A stretch of DNA of 64,000 nucleotides, from the NCBI GenBank assembly GCA_963716255.1, contig OY970303.1, positions 1,472,001-1,536,000 of the forward strand. The letters are read 5' to 3'. Below the pieces are notes generated by a model. That model was given only the letters and a program-made list of their open reading frames with translations. It had not been told where the DNA came from and ran no database searches. Origin of the DNA: an uncultured Gemmatimonadales bacterium (lineage in GTDB: Bacteria; Gemmatimonadota; Gemmatimonadetes; Longimicrobiales; Longimicrobiaceae). A program made the position numbers and the translations under genes. Shown piece by piece: positions 29,565-39,019 of the stretch (position 1 is its first letter; the number at the start of each line of letters is the position of its first letter).

Positions 29565-29723
29565 ATGCCGAAGAGCCAGCGTCCCAAGCTCCGCCTGCAC
29601 CGCGAAACGGTCCGCCGCCTCGACACGCCCGCCCCCGGGCGGCTCGCGACCGATCCGGTCCAGCACCCCGGCGACACCGTGCTCTGCGGCCCGAGCCGCA
29701 TGGGCACCTGCGAGACCGTGTAG
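29565..29723 (+). CDS. 52-aa RiPP (lanthipeptide-like) precursor candidate, absent from the ORF track
   Basis: [61 protein letters not shown]; KLxLxRETVxxL leader-like motif and Thr/Ser/Cys-rich tail. Confidence 0.65.
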   Translation: MPKSQRPKLRLHRETVRRLDTPAPGRLATDPVQHPGDTVLCGPSRMGTCETV

Positions 29724-29828
29724 CGGCACGCGTTGCGTCTTGATGAAATGAGTCCCCGTGGGTTGATGGCCCGCGGGGGCTCTGGATTTTCGTGGCCGGC
29801 ACAGAAGCGCCGGTGCCGTTTGCAGCAG

Positions 29829-30410
29829 TCAGTGTTTTAGGAGAAGGCTTTCCACGTCGCGGTAGAGCTTGTCGAACGACTTTGCGCGGCGGGCACTTCC
29901 AATATCGAAAAGGGCGGTGAAAGCCGGCTGATCGATGGTCTCTCTGTACGACCTACCGGAAAGACGCTGGCTCAGCCATCCCTTCGCATCCCGGATCGAC
30001 TCCGGATCCTCAGGTGCCGTCAGGTCAGTGGGCAGACCACGACGGCCACGAAGCGATTCGGCCGCTGCGAGGAACCACGCCTCGAACTCCCGTGCGGCGG
30101 CTACAACCCGGACCTGGCGGTCGGGTCTAACCTGCTTCGCGTAGGCCAGGAGACGGGGGCCGAGTTCGCATGGCAGATCGTCGTCCGCGTCCAACAGGAC
30201 CAAGATCCCCCCATCATCATCTGTCTGAGCCGCCGCCAATTCTACGTATCGCTTCAGATCGTCCGCCTTCCCCAGGTTCGATCTGGGAACGCGCATCGGC
30301 TTGCGGACTTCGAGCGGCAGTTCCGGAGCGATGACATCGCGGAGCCGGCGCAGCAGGATCGGCAATGCCTCGCTTTCGCCGTGCCCCTCGACGATGCAGG
30401 AAATCCGCAC
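29829..30410 (-). CDS. DUF4276-family TOPRIM-like protein
   Basis: [48 protein letters not shown] 1 nt after the ATPase stop. Confidence 0.8.
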   Translation of the reverse strand: MRISCIVEGHGESEALPILLRRLRDVIAPELPLEVRKPMRVPRSNLGKADDLKRYVELAAAQTDDDGGILVLLDADDDLPCELGPRLLAYAKQVRPDRQVRVVAAAREFEAWFLAAAESLRGRRGLPTDLTAPEDPESIRDAKGWLSQRLSGRSYRETIDQPAFTALFDIGSARRAKSFDKLYRDVESLLLKH

Positions 30411-30411
30411 G

Positions 30412-31692
30412 TCAGTCCTCACCGGGCCCAAACAGGGCAAGTTGGTCCGGGTTGATGTCAGTGGCTTTGGGGTCGGGCTGGAGTTGATCCATACGAAGGA
30501 GGTCGCCAGCCGTGAACAGGCGGCTCCGAAGCGCGGTACGTGCCGCGGCGTCTAGTGGTCCAATCTTCGTTTCGCCGCGGCGGGAGACGACGGCCAGAAT
30601 GGCATCGTCCGGAATCTCGTCGTTGGCCAGCAGCTCAGGACTATGGCTGGTAACGGCGATTTGGGTGTGCTCGCTCGCGTCCGCCAGGCTGTCCGTCAGC
30701 ACTCCGGCGGCTGCCGGGTGCAATGCTGTCTCCGGTTCCTCAATCCCGACGAATGGAACTCCGGCACCGTCGGAACCACTGTTCTGGAACAGGGCGATGA
30801 GTATTCCTAGTGCTCGCAACGTACCGTCGGACATGTTCGCTGCAATGAAGCGCCACGGATCCTTCGAGCCGCTCACCTCCTGCCGGAACTCCAGTGTTTC
30901 CTTGGGCCCGACCATGATCGGATCGACCCCGCTGACACCCGGAACGATCTTGGACAGGTATTCCTCGATCCGCGCGCGGATGTCGGGGCTGCGGTTCGCA
31001 AGGGTCTCAAGCACGCTGGCGACGTTGCTTCCGTCACGCGCCAGGAGTAGCCCCGGGTCCGGTGACTGCAGCTCGCGTATGGCGTCTGGATTGAGATTGT
31101 AGAACCCCATGCTGGAGAGAGCGTCGTAAATAGGCCGGAATTCCGGTAGCCCGGATACGTTCACGAGGTAGAGACGGTCCTTGACCGCTGCAGGGGGCGT
31201 GGCGACACTGCTGGCGGTAACGCGTCCGTCCATCACCGCGTAGTGACCGATTACCCTCCCCGTGATGCCATGTCGGACGGTGCATTCCTCGTGCTGGACG
31301 AAGTATCCCCCCTGCATCGTGCGGTTCTCTTTCGCTTTCGCTCCTACGACGAATGCGTAGTGGCCCCGCGACCCGTCAGGAAGCCGGAATGTGATCCGGA
31401 TGCCAAAGTGTTTCGGATGGCCGGTCGAACGCCGACGGACCTCCTTGATTCCACCCCGGTCACGAAGCGCATGGTCCAGGGAAATCCGCAAGGCATCCGT
31501 GACGAAGCGCAGCGCGTCGAGGAAATTGCTCTTGCCAGACCCGTTGGGACCGACGAGGTACGTAAGCCGTGAGAGACTTACGTCGCACGCGGCGATACTC
31601 TTGTAGTTGCGGAGAACGAGCCGCTCGATGAAGCGGATGTGCTTAGGGGCCGCTTCCGGGGCCTGGAGCTCCAGCGCGTAGCTTGGATCCAA
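30412..31692 (-). CDS. ABC-type ATPase (AAA_21/AAA_15-like)
   Basis: LRNYKSI, Walker A GPNGSGKSN, signature MSDGTLR, Walker B IEEPETALHP, TSHSP; start placed at the TTG after AAGGAG (uncertain). Confidence 0.88.
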   Translation of the reverse strand: MDPSYALELQAPEAAPKHIRFIERLVLRNYKSIAACDVSLSRLTYLVGPNGSGKSNFLDALRFVTDALRISLDHALRDRGGIKEVRRRSTGHPKHFGIRITFRLPDGSRGHYAFVVGAKAKENRTMQGGYFVQHEECTVRHGITGRVIGHYAVMDGRVTASSVATPPAAVKDRLYLVNVSGLPEFRPIYDALSSMGFYNLNPDAIRELQSPDPGLLLARDGSNVASVLETLANRSPDIRARIEEYLSKIVPGVSGVDPIMVGPKETLEFRQEVSGSKDPWRFIAANMSDGTLRALGILIALFQNSGSDGAGVPFVGIEEPETALHPAAAGVLTDSLADASEHTQIAVTSHSPELLANDEIPDDAILAVVSRRGETKIGPLDAAARTALRSRLFTAGDLLRMDQLQPDPKATDINPDQLALFGPGED

Positions 31693-31871
31693 GTTCTTGC
31701 TCTCCTTGTGGACCGGGCGGCTGTTCAGCGCGTTCTTGATGAAATTGCGGCGGCCTGCTCCGTCGCGAGACATACCGATGTGCCGCCTTCTCAGGCGCAC
31801 CTGTCAAACCTGCTCTGGTCAGGAAGGTTCAGCAAGTCACCGAGGTATCTGCCCGCTATATTCAGCGTTCC

Positions 31872-31901
31872 TTGACTCCCCCCTGCCCCGCCTCCTATTC
31901 T
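31872..31901 (+). promoter_or_regulatory. Putative sigma70 promoter for gcvH
   Basis: TTGACT-N18-TATTCT about 50 nt upstream of the ATG. Confidence 0.45.
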
Positions 31902-31951
31902 CCCGGCGGTTCGCATCTCGGCCCGAAAATCTCCCGTGGAGGACCCGTACC

Positions 31952-32338
31952 ATGGCCAACGTCCCGCAGGACCTGCGTTACACCAAGGAGCACGAGTACG
32001 TGAAGAGCGACGGCGGCGACGTCGTCACGGTGGGGATCACCGACTACGCGCAGGGGGAGCTGGGCGACGTGGTGTTCGTGGAGCTTCCCAAGGTGGGCGA
32101 CACCTTCTCGGCGATGCAGGTGTTCGGGACCATCGAGGCCGTCAAGGCCGTCTCCGAGCTGTACTCGCCGGTGGCGGGCGAGGTGGTGGAGGTCAACGGC
32201 GCGCTGGACGCCAACCCCGCGCTGGTGAACAACGACCCGTACGGCGAGGGGTGGATGGTGAAGATGCGCGTGGCCGACGCCGCCGCGCTGGACGGGCTGA
32301 TGGACGCCGCGGCGTACGAGAGCCTCGTCGGCGCCTGA
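31952..32338 (+). CDS. gcvH: Glycine cleavage system H protein
   Basis: LRYTKEHEY, VGITDYAQGELGDVVFVELP, lipoyl-Lys IEAVKAVSE, DPYGEGW; GGAGG RBS. Confidence 0.97.
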   Translation: MANVPQDLRYTKEHEYVKSDGGDVVTVGITDYAQGELGDVVFVELPKVGDTFSAMQVFGTIEAVKAVSELYSPVAGEVVEVNGALDANPALVNNDPYGEGWMVKMRVADAAALDGLMDAAAYESLVGA

Positions 32339-32351
32339 GAAACCGGACGGG

Positions 32352-32388
32352 AGCGGCGCAGGCGTGAAGCCTGCGCCGCTTCTTTTTT
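32352..32388 (+). terminator. Rho-independent terminator after gcvH
   Basis: agcggcgcaggc-gtgaa-gcctgcgccgct followed by tctttttt. Confidence 0.8.
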
Positions 32389-32437
32389 CCGCCGACTTTC
32401 ACCGAGTCGTGACTCACCGCCGCACCGGAGGACACCC

Positions 32438-33127
32438 ATGGCGAAGCTGACCTGGCACGGACACTCCACCTTCTCGCTGCACACCGACGACGGCACGCGG
32501 ATCATCATCGACCCGTGGCTGGACGGCAACCCACGGGCGGACATCGAGGCGAAAGACGTCGAGGAGCTGGACTTCATCCTGGTCACCCACGGCCACTCCG
32601 ACCACTTCGGCGACGTGGTGCCGCTGGCCAAGCGCACCGGGGCCACGGTGGTCTCCACCTTCGAGGTGGCCTCGTTCGCGGGCGAGGAAGGGGCGAAGAG
32701 CGTACACGGGATGAACATCGGCGGGGCGCACCGCTTCCCCTTCGGGTGGGTGAAAATGACCATCGCCCACCACACCGGCACGGTGCACGGCGACAAGCAC
32801 GGCCGCTTCACAGCCACCCCCGGCGGCTTCCTGGTCACGCTGAACTCCGGCACCCGCCTGTACCACGCCGGCGACACCTCGCTCACGCTGGACATGCAGC
32901 TCCTGCGCGGTCAGGTGGACGTCGCCATCCTCCCCATCGGCGACAACTTCACCATGGGCCCCGAGGACGCGGCGAAGGCGGTGGAATTCATCGAGCCGCG
33001 GGTGGTGATCCCCATGCACTACGACACCTTCCCGCTCATCGCGCAGGACACCGAGGAGTTCCGCCGCATGCTCGCTGGCCGCGCCGAGCTGCGCGTCCTC
33101 CAGCCCGGCGGCAGCACGGAGATCTAG
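32438..33127 (+). CDS. Metal-dependent hydrolase, metallo-beta-lactamase fold (UPF0173-like)
   Basis: WHGHS, IDPW, THGHSDH, YHAGDT, LPIGDNFTMGP, PMHYDTF. Confidence 0.9.
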   Translation: MAKLTWHGHSTFSLHTDDGTRIIIDPWLDGNPRADIEAKDVEELDFILVTHGHSDHFGDVVPLAKRTGATVVSTFEVASFAGEEGAKSVHGMNIGGAHRFPFGWVKMTIAHHTGTVHGDKHGRFTATPGGFLVTLNSGTRLYHAGDTSLTLDMQLLRGQVDVAILPIGDNFTMGPEDAAKAVEFIEPRVVIPMHYDTFPLIAQDTEEFRRMLAGRAELRVLQPGGSTEI

Positions 33128-33231
33128 GGAACAGGGAATCCGCCCCGACTGCCCCGTCCACCACCCAAGGGAACAGGGAGCAGCCAGCCCGACATCCGTA
33201 GTTGCAGGCTGTTCCCTATTCCCTGTTCCCC
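33127..33231 (+). repeat. GGGAACA heptamer repeats (family D), direct and inverted
   Basis: gggaacagggaa..., agggaacaggga, and inverted gttgcaggctgttccctattccctgttccc; related to 966-988 and 45804-45847. Confidence 0.7.
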
Positions 33232-34011
33232 ATGCTATTCCGCCTCCTCGACACCCCGCCCGCGCCGGGCGCCTGGAACATGGCCGTGGACGCCGCGCTG
33301 ATGGATGCGGTGCGCGGCGGTGCCCCGCCCGTACTGCGCTTCTACCGCTGGGACCCGCCCTGCCTGTCGCTGGGCCGCAACCAGCCGGCGGCGGGGTGCT
33401 ACGACCTGGAGGCACTGCGGGCGGCGGGGGTGGAAGTGGTACGGCGGCCCACCGGCGGGCGCGCCGTGCTCCACGACCGCGAGCTGACCTACTCCGTGGT
33501 GGCGGCGGACGGGACGCTGGGCGGGCCCCGCGAGAGCTACGCCGCCATCAACCGCGCGCTGGTGGCGGGGCTGCGGAGGCTGGGGGTGGAGGCGCGGCTG
33601 CAGCCGCGCACCGCGGCGCGCGCGCCGGCGCCCTCGCTGGCCCCCTGCTTCAAGGAGCCCGCCGAGGGCGAGGTGGTGGCGGGCGGGCGCAAGCTGGTGG
33701 GGAGCGCACAGCTCCGCGACGACGGCGTCCTCCTGCAGCACGGCTCCCTGCTGCTGGAGGGCGACCAGCGCGAGGTGCGGGCGTGGACGCTGGGCGCGGC
33801 CCCGGACGATGGCGGCGAGACCCCGGCGAGCCTGAGGGAATTGTGCGGCGCCCTGCCGTCCTGGGAGCGGCTGACCATCGCGCTCGCCGCGGGATGGGAG
33901 GAGGCCACGGGCGCCCTGCTGGCGCCGGGGGAGCTGTCCGCCGCGGAGGCCGCGGAGGCCGCGCGGATCCGCGCCCGCTTCGTCGACCCGGCATGGACCT
34001 GGCATCACTGA
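33232..34011 (+). CDS. Lipoate-protein ligase A / LipM-family protein
   Basis: NMAVDAAL, LRFYRW, RRPTGGRAVLH, GRKLVGSAQ, LQHGSL; close to gcvH. Confidence 0.88.
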   Translation: MLFRLLDTPPAPGAWNMAVDAALMDAVRGGAPPVLRFYRWDPPCLSLGRNQPAAGCYDLEALRAAGVEVVRRPTGGRAVLHDRELTYSVVAADGTLGGPRESYAAINRALVAGLRRLGVEARLQPRTAARAPAPSLAPCFKEPAEGEVVAGGRKLVGSAQLRDDGVLLQHGSLLLEGDQREVRAWTLGAAPDDGGETPASLRELCGALPSWERLTIALAAGWEEATGALLAPGELSAAEAAEAARIRARFVDPAWTWHH

Positions 34012-34087
34012 GCGCCTTGCTCCTTGCCGCGGGCCGGGCGTAAGTTGCCGGTCTGCGACAGCGCCGAAACGTCCGTCGGGGGGAAGC

Positions 34088-35725
34088 ATGCGCATGGGTA
34101 CAGCGTACAGGCTGGGGTGGGTGGCGGCGGCGGTCCTGCTCGCCGCGTGCGGGGGCGGGGGCGACGCGGCCGGGGGTGGCGGAGCGCGGGCGGATGCCGG
34201 CGCGCCGGTCAACGGGGGCACCGCCGTGGTCGCGGTCAAGGCCGACTTCGGCGGCTTCAACCCGGTGACCAACAACGCCCTGGCCACCGACGACGTCATC
34301 AAGTTCATGTTGTTCACCCCGCTCGTGCAGTTCGACGAGAAGTTCACCCCGCAGCCCTACCTGGCCGAGTCCTGGCAGCTCGCCGACAGCAGCGTCACCT
34401 TCAAGATCCGCCAGGGCGTCACCTGGCACGACGGCAAGCCGCTCACCGCCGAGGACGTCAAGTTCACCTTCGACCTGGCGAAGAACCCGGAGAGCGCCGC
34501 CGGGGTGGCCGGCACCTACCTGGGGCTGGTGAAGTCCGCCACCGTCCTGGACCCGCACACCATCCGCTTCGACTTCGTGGCGCCGCACGCGCAGCCGCTG
34601 GAGGACTTCTGGTGGGCGCCGGTTCCCAGGCACCTGCTGCAGGGCGTCCCCCCCGCGCAGCTGTCGCAGGCGCCGTACAACCTGAAGCCGGTGGGGAGCG
34701 GACCCTACAAGTTCGGCGCGTGGCAGCAGGGGCAGCAGCTCGTGCTGGAGGCCAACCCGCAGTTCCCGCAGGCCATGGGCGGGCGTCCCCGGCTGGACCG
34801 CGTGGTGTTCCGCATCACCCCCGAGGCCACCACCCGGCTGACGGAGCTGACCAACGGCGCGGTGGACGTGGACTACTCCATCCTCCCGGACGAGGCGCAG
34901 CAGCTGCAGCGCCAGCAGGGGATCGAGCTGGAGCGGTACACCTCGCGCGAGATGACGTACATCGGGTGGAACAACGAGCGCGAGCCCTTCAACGACCCCG
35001 CGGTGCGCCGCGCCATGACGCTGGCGATCGACCGTGCCCGCATCATCGAGGCGCTGATGTTCGGCTTCGCCAAGCCGGCCGGCTCGGTGATCGCCCCGGT
35101 GACCCCGCTCGCCCCCGACCTCGCCCCGCTCCCGGCGAACCCGGCCCAGGCCCGCCAGCTCCTGGCGCAGGCAGGGTGGCGCGACGGCAACGGCGACGGC
35201 ATCGTGGAAAAGGGCGGGAAGCCGCTGCGCTTCATCATCATCACCAACGCCTCCAACAAGCTGTTCCAGGACATCGCCACCGTGGTGCAGCAGCAGCTGC
35301 GGGCCGTGGGGGCGGACGCGCAGCTCCGCACCATCGAGTTCCAGACGCTGCTCCAGCAGCACCGGGCGCGCGACTACGACGCCATCATCACCAACTGGAC
35401 CTGGGACTACTTCCGGCCGGACCCCACGCCGCTGTTCTCCTGCGAGCAGGCGCGCAAGGAGCGGTCGGCCAACCGCGCCGGCTACTGCAATCCGCAGGCG
35501 GACCAGCTGATGCAGGCGGGGCTCCGCGAGATGGACCCCGCCCGCGCCAAACAGGTGTGGACCCAGTTTTCGCAGGTGATCCAGCAGGACCAGCCCATCA
35601 CCCTGCTCTACTGGACGGAAGAGATCGCCGGGGTGGGGCCGCGTCTGCAGGGGGCGGACATGGACGCGCGCAGCAAGCTGGTGAACGCCGCCCGGTGGTG
35701 GATCCCGGCCAACCGGCGGCGGTGA
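34088..35725 (+). CDS. Peptide ABC transporter substrate-binding lipoprotein (family 5)
   Basis: Lipobox LAAC; PYLAESW, WHDGKPLTAEDVKFT, PVGSGPYK, VRRAMTLAIDR. Confidence 0.92.
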   Translation: MRMGTAYRLGWVAAAVLLAACGGGGDAAGGGGARADAGAPVNGGTAVVAVKADFGGFNPVTNNALATDDVIKFMLFTPLVQFDEKFTPQPYLAESWQLADSSVTFKIRQGVTWHDGKPLTAEDVKFTFDLAKNPESAAGVAGTYLGLVKSATVLDPHTIRFDFVAPHAQPLEDFWWAPVPRHLLQGVPPAQLSQAPYNLKPVGSGPYKFGAWQQGQQLVLEANPQFPQAMGGRPRLDRVVFRITPEATTRLTELTNGAVDVDYSILPDEAQQLQRQQGIELERYTSREMTYIGWNNEREPFNDPAVRRAMTLAIDRARIIEALMFGFAKPAGSVIAPVTPLAPDLAPLPANPAQARQLLAQAGWRDGNGDGIVEKGGKPLRFIIITNASNKLFQDIATVVQQQLRAVGADAQLRTIEFQTLLQQHRARDYDAIITNWTWDYFRPDPTPLFSCEQARKERSANRAGYCNPQADQLMQAGLREMDPARAKQVWTQFSQVIQQDQPITLLYWTEEIAGVGPRLQGADMDARSKLVNAARWWIPANRRR

Positions 35726-35761
35726 GCGCGCGGAGCACGGCGTAGCCGGACCCGTCGCGCG

Positions 35762-35793
35762 CCGGGGCGCTCCACGCACGTGGAGCGCCCCGG
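35762..35793 (+). terminator. Intergenic stem-loop between the two binding-protein genes
   Basis: ccggggcgctccacg-ca-cgtggagcgccccgg; no clear U tract. Confidence 0.4.
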
Positions 35794-35923
35794 CGGCCCG
35801 GCCTTCCTCCCCGCCCTCTTCCCGGCCGCGGCCCCGCGGCGTCACGATCTTCCCGGCGCGGACGGCGTGGTGGATCCCCGCTCGGCTCCCTGCCGGGCGG
35901 ACAACCCGAGACTTCAACGTCAG

Positions 35924-37648
35924 ATGATGCGACTCGCGCAGACGTGTTTCCGGAGGGCGGCACTCGCCCTGGTGCTGTCCACCGTGGCGGCCGCCTGCGG
36001 CGGCGGCGACGCCGGTGAGGAAGGGGCCAAGGGCGGGGCCGCCGGCGACCGCGACGCGGTGCAGCGGGGCGGCACGGCGGTGCTGTCCGAGCTGTCGGAC
36101 ATGAGCAAGCCGCTCCCGTTCCTGTACGAAGGCAACGTGGACACCGACCTGGGCGACATCCTGTACATGCCCCTCCTCCGCTCCGAGTGGAGGGACGGCC
36201 GGGCCGTCTACCTGACCTCGCACGACAACCCCATGGCCATCGCCTGGCACTGGGAGTTCGCGGGGCCCGACTCCTCCGCCATCCGCTACCGGATGCGCTC
36301 GGCGCTCAAGTGGTCCGACGGCCAGCCGCTCACCGCGCACGACGTGGTGTGGACCTACAGGATGACGGCCGACCCCAAGGTCGCCTCGCCGCAGCAGTAC
36401 TACACCGAGAACCTGGACTCCGTCGCGGCGGAGAACGACTCCACCGTGGTCTTCCACTTCAAGCGGCGCTACCCGGAGATGCTCTTCCACTCCGGCCTGC
36501 CCATCGCCCCGAGGCACGCCTACGAGGGGTCGGACCCGGCGCAGATCCGCTCGCACCGACGCCTGCTCACGCCCGACGACGGGGCGCTGGTGGTGAGCGG
36601 GCCCTTCATGGTGGGGAGCTGGCGCAAGGGGCAGCAGATCACCTTCGTCCCCAACCCCCACTTCCCGGTCCGCCCCAACCTGGACCGGATCGTCATCCGC
36701 ATCATCCCCGAGGCCACCACGCGGCTGGTGGAGCTGCAGCGGGGGGCGCTGGACTTCACCCGCCCCATCCCGCACGACCAGATCCCCAACCTGCGCAGGC
36801 AGCCGGGGATCCGCTTCGAGCGCGAGCGCCAGCGGAGCTACGACTACATCGCCTACAATCCAAAGGCGATGGACGCCTTCGCCGACCCGGAGGTCCGCCG
36901 CGCGCTCAGCCTGGCGATCGATGCGCGGGCGCTGATCCGGGGGCTCCAGATGCAGGACTTCGCCGTGCCCGCGGGCGGACCGTACGCTCCCATCTTCCGG
37001 GACCTGTACGACCCGCAGCGGACTCCCCCGCTCCCCTACGACACCCTCCAGGCGCGGCGGATCCTGGACGCGAAGGGGTGGCGGGACACGGACGGAGACG
37101 GGATCCGGGAAAAGGACGGAAAGCCGTTCCGCTTCACGCTCCTCACCAACGCCGGGAACGTGCGCAAGGCGGACGTGCAGCAGATCGTCCAGCAGCAGCT
37201 CAAGCGGGTCGGGGTGGACGTGCGCCTTCAGCAGCTGGAGTTCAACACCTTTCAGGAGCGGCAGCTGAGCCAGAGCTACGAGGCGCTGCTGGGGACCTGG
37301 ATCGTGGGGCTGAGCGCGGACATCACGCCGCTGTGGGCCGAGGGCAGCCCGCAGAACATCGTCTCGTACCGGAACCCGCGCGTCAAGCAGCTCTTCGAGC
37401 AGGCGCTCGCCCAGCCCAACGAGCAGGCGGCGGCGCAGTACTGGCGCGCCGCCGCCGAGCAGATCGCCCGGGACCAGCCGTACACCTTCCTGTACTTCTT
37501 CGACCAGGTGGACGGGGTGCGCGACCGCCTCCAGGGGATGAAGATCGACACCTACGGCGCCTACCAGAACGCCTGGCAGTGGTGGGTCCGGAGCGAGCAG
37601 CCGGGGGGCGCCGCGGCCCCGCCGCCGGCCGACACCGCGGCACGGTAG
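35924..37648 (+). CDS. Peptide ABC transporter substrate-binding lipoprotein (family 5), second copy
   Basis: Lipobox AAAC; WSDGQPLTAHDV, SGPFMV, VRRALSLAID, GWRDTDGDGIREKDGKP. Confidence 0.92.
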   Translation: MMRLAQTCFRRAALALVLSTVAAACGGGDAGEEGAKGGAAGDRDAVQRGGTAVLSELSDMSKPLPFLYEGNVDTDLGDILYMPLLRSEWRDGRAVYLTSHDNPMAIAWHWEFAGPDSSAIRYRMRSALKWSDGQPLTAHDVVWTYRMTADPKVASPQQYYTENLDSVAAENDSTVVFHFKRRYPEMLFHSGLPIAPRHAYEGSDPAQIRSHRRLLTPDDGALVVSGPFMVGSWRKGQQITFVPNPHFPVRPNLDRIVIRIIPEATTRLVELQRGALDFTRPIPHDQIPNLRRQPGIRFERERQRSYDYIAYNPKAMDAFADPEVRRALSLAIDARALIRGLQMQDFAVPAGGPYAPIFRDLYDPQRTPPLPYDTLQARRILDAKGWRDTDGDGIREKDGKPFRFTLLTNAGNVRKADVQQIVQQQLKRVGVDVRLQQLEFNTFQERQLSQSYEALLGTWIVGLSADITPLWAEGSPQNIVSYRNPRVKQLFEQALAQPNEQAAAQYWRAAAEQIARDQPYTFLYFFDQVDGVRDRLQGMKIDTYGAYQNAWQWWVRSEQPGGAAAPPPADTAAR

Positions 37649-37666
37649 GACCGGGCGGCGCCCGGA

Positions 37667-37703
37667 CGCGGCCCCCACCGGACGGTGGGGGCCGCGCTTT
37701 TTT
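37667..37703 (+). terminator. Rho-independent terminator between the binding-protein and permease genes
   Basis: cgcggcccccaccg-ga-cggtgggggccgcg followed by ctttttt. Confidence 0.75.
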
Positions 37704-37810
37704 CGCGGGGATCCGCGCCGGGCCGGACCTTCCGGTCCGAATTCTGCGAGCGGGGGAAACGCGCGGCTCCGCCGCGCGCTGGCAACGTGGACGGGAGAGG
37801 AGCGACTCGC

Positions 37811-38800
37811 TTGATCGGCTACCTGCTGCGGCGGCTTCTGGGCGCGGTCCCCCTCCTGCTGGGGATCCTGACGCTGATCTTCTTCATCATCCACCTCGCC
37901 CCCGGCGACCCCACGGCGCGGTTCTTCAACCCCAACGTGTCGCCCGAGGTGATCGAGCAGATGCGCCGCAACCTGGGGCTGGACCAGCCGCTTCACGTCC
38001 AGTACTTCAAGTGGCTGAGCGCCTTCATCCGCGGCGACTTCGGGTACTCCTTCGGGCAGATGCGGCCCATCTCGGAGATCCTCCCCGAGACGCTCTGGAA
38101 CACCCTCCAGCTCACGCTCATCTCCCTGGTCATCATCTTCATCCTGGGAATGCTGATCGGGATCGTGCAGGCGGTGCGCCAGTACTCGCTGGCCGACAAC
38201 GTCCTCACCTTTCTGGCGCTGTTCTTTTATTCGATGCCGAGCTTCTGGCTCGCGCTCATGCTGATCCTGGTCTTCTCGCTCAAGGCGGCGCAGTGGGGGC
38301 TTCCCACCTGGCTCCAGTTCCCCGCCGCGCAGATGATGAGCGTGGGAGCGGAGTACCTGCCGCCCGGCGCGCAGTTCGTGGACCGGCTGGAGCACCTGTT
38401 CCTCCCCGCGGTGGCGCTGGGGATCGGCTCGGCGGCGGGCGTCGCGCGCTACATGCGCGGCTCCATGCTGGAGGTGATCCACCAGGACTTCATCCGGACG
38501 GCGCGGGCCAAGGGGCTCTCGGAGCGCACGGTGATCTTCAAGCACGCGCTCCGCAACGCGCTGATCCCCATCATCACGCTGCTCGGGCTGTACCTGCCGT
38601 TCCTGCTCTCCGGGGCGGTGCTGGTGGAGACCATCTTCTCCTGGCCGGGGATGGGGCGGCTGATCGTGGACGCGATCTTCCAGCGCGACTACCCGCTGGT
38701 GATGGCGACCTCGTTCGTGATCGCGGCCATCGTGATCTTCGGCAACCTGATCTCGGACGTGCTGTACGCGGTGGTGGATCCGCGGATTCGCAATGACTGA
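37811..38800 (+). CDS. Peptide ABC transporter permease, OppB/DppB-like
   Basis: TTG start; APGDP, LGLDQP, GDFGYS, RTARAKGLSE, ETIFSWPGMG, DPRIR. Confidence 0.93.
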   Translation: MIGYLLRRLLGAVPLLLGILTLIFFIIHLAPGDPTARFFNPNVSPEVIEQMRRNLGLDQPLHVQYFKWLSAFIRGDFGYSFGQMRPISEILPETLWNTLQLTLISLVIIFILGMLIGIVQAVRQYSLADNVLTFLALFFYSMPSFWLALMLILVFSLKAAQWGLPTWLQFPAAQMMSVGAEYLPPGAQFVDRLEHLFLPAVALGIGSAAGVARYMRGSMLEVIHQDFIRTARAKGLSERTVIFKHALRNALIPIITLLGLYLPFLLSGAVLVETIFSWPGMGRLIVDAIFQRDYPLVMATSFVIAAIVIFGNLISDVLYAVVDPRIRND

Positions 38801-38822
38801 ATTACGGGAACTGCAACGGCTC

Positions 38823-38955
38823 GGGTTGGGGCGAATGCCGGCTGGCGCCGGCACCGCGCTCTATTCCACTGGACACGAAACGACCGTGTCCCGTGGAACG
38901 GAGCCGCCGGAAACTGCCCCGGCGTCTCCGCCCTTCGGGTCACGATCGCTTTCGC
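38823..38955 (+). repeat. Structured repeat subfamily B, copy 1
   Basis: gggttggggcgaatgccggctggcgccggca...ggacacg-aaacgac-cgtgtcc...ggagccgccggaaactgccccggcgtctccgcccttcggg...ttcgc. Confidence 0.85.
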
Positions 38956-39003
38956 AACTGCAACGGCCACGGCGACTGCGACGGCCACTGCAACAGCAAC
39001 TGC
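38954..39003 (+). repeat. Degenerate hexamer tandem repeat (GCAACT/GCAACG/GCCACG-type)
   Basis: gcaact gcaacg gccacg gcgact gcgacg gccact gcaaca gcaact. Confidence 0.6.
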
Positions 39004-39019
39004 TCGCCGGGATGAATTG

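Noticed and set aside
29234..31951. Glycine riboswitch upstream of gcvP or gcvH
   Set aside because: Only isolated fragments (tctcagg near 31790); the ordered aptamer motifs are absent and the putative promoters leave short leaders
33650..38854. 1734-aa minus-strand ORF and similar long ORFs (52081-55212, 16789-21030, 21166-25059)
   Set aside because: Shadow or alternative frames over well-supported genes, expected at this GC content
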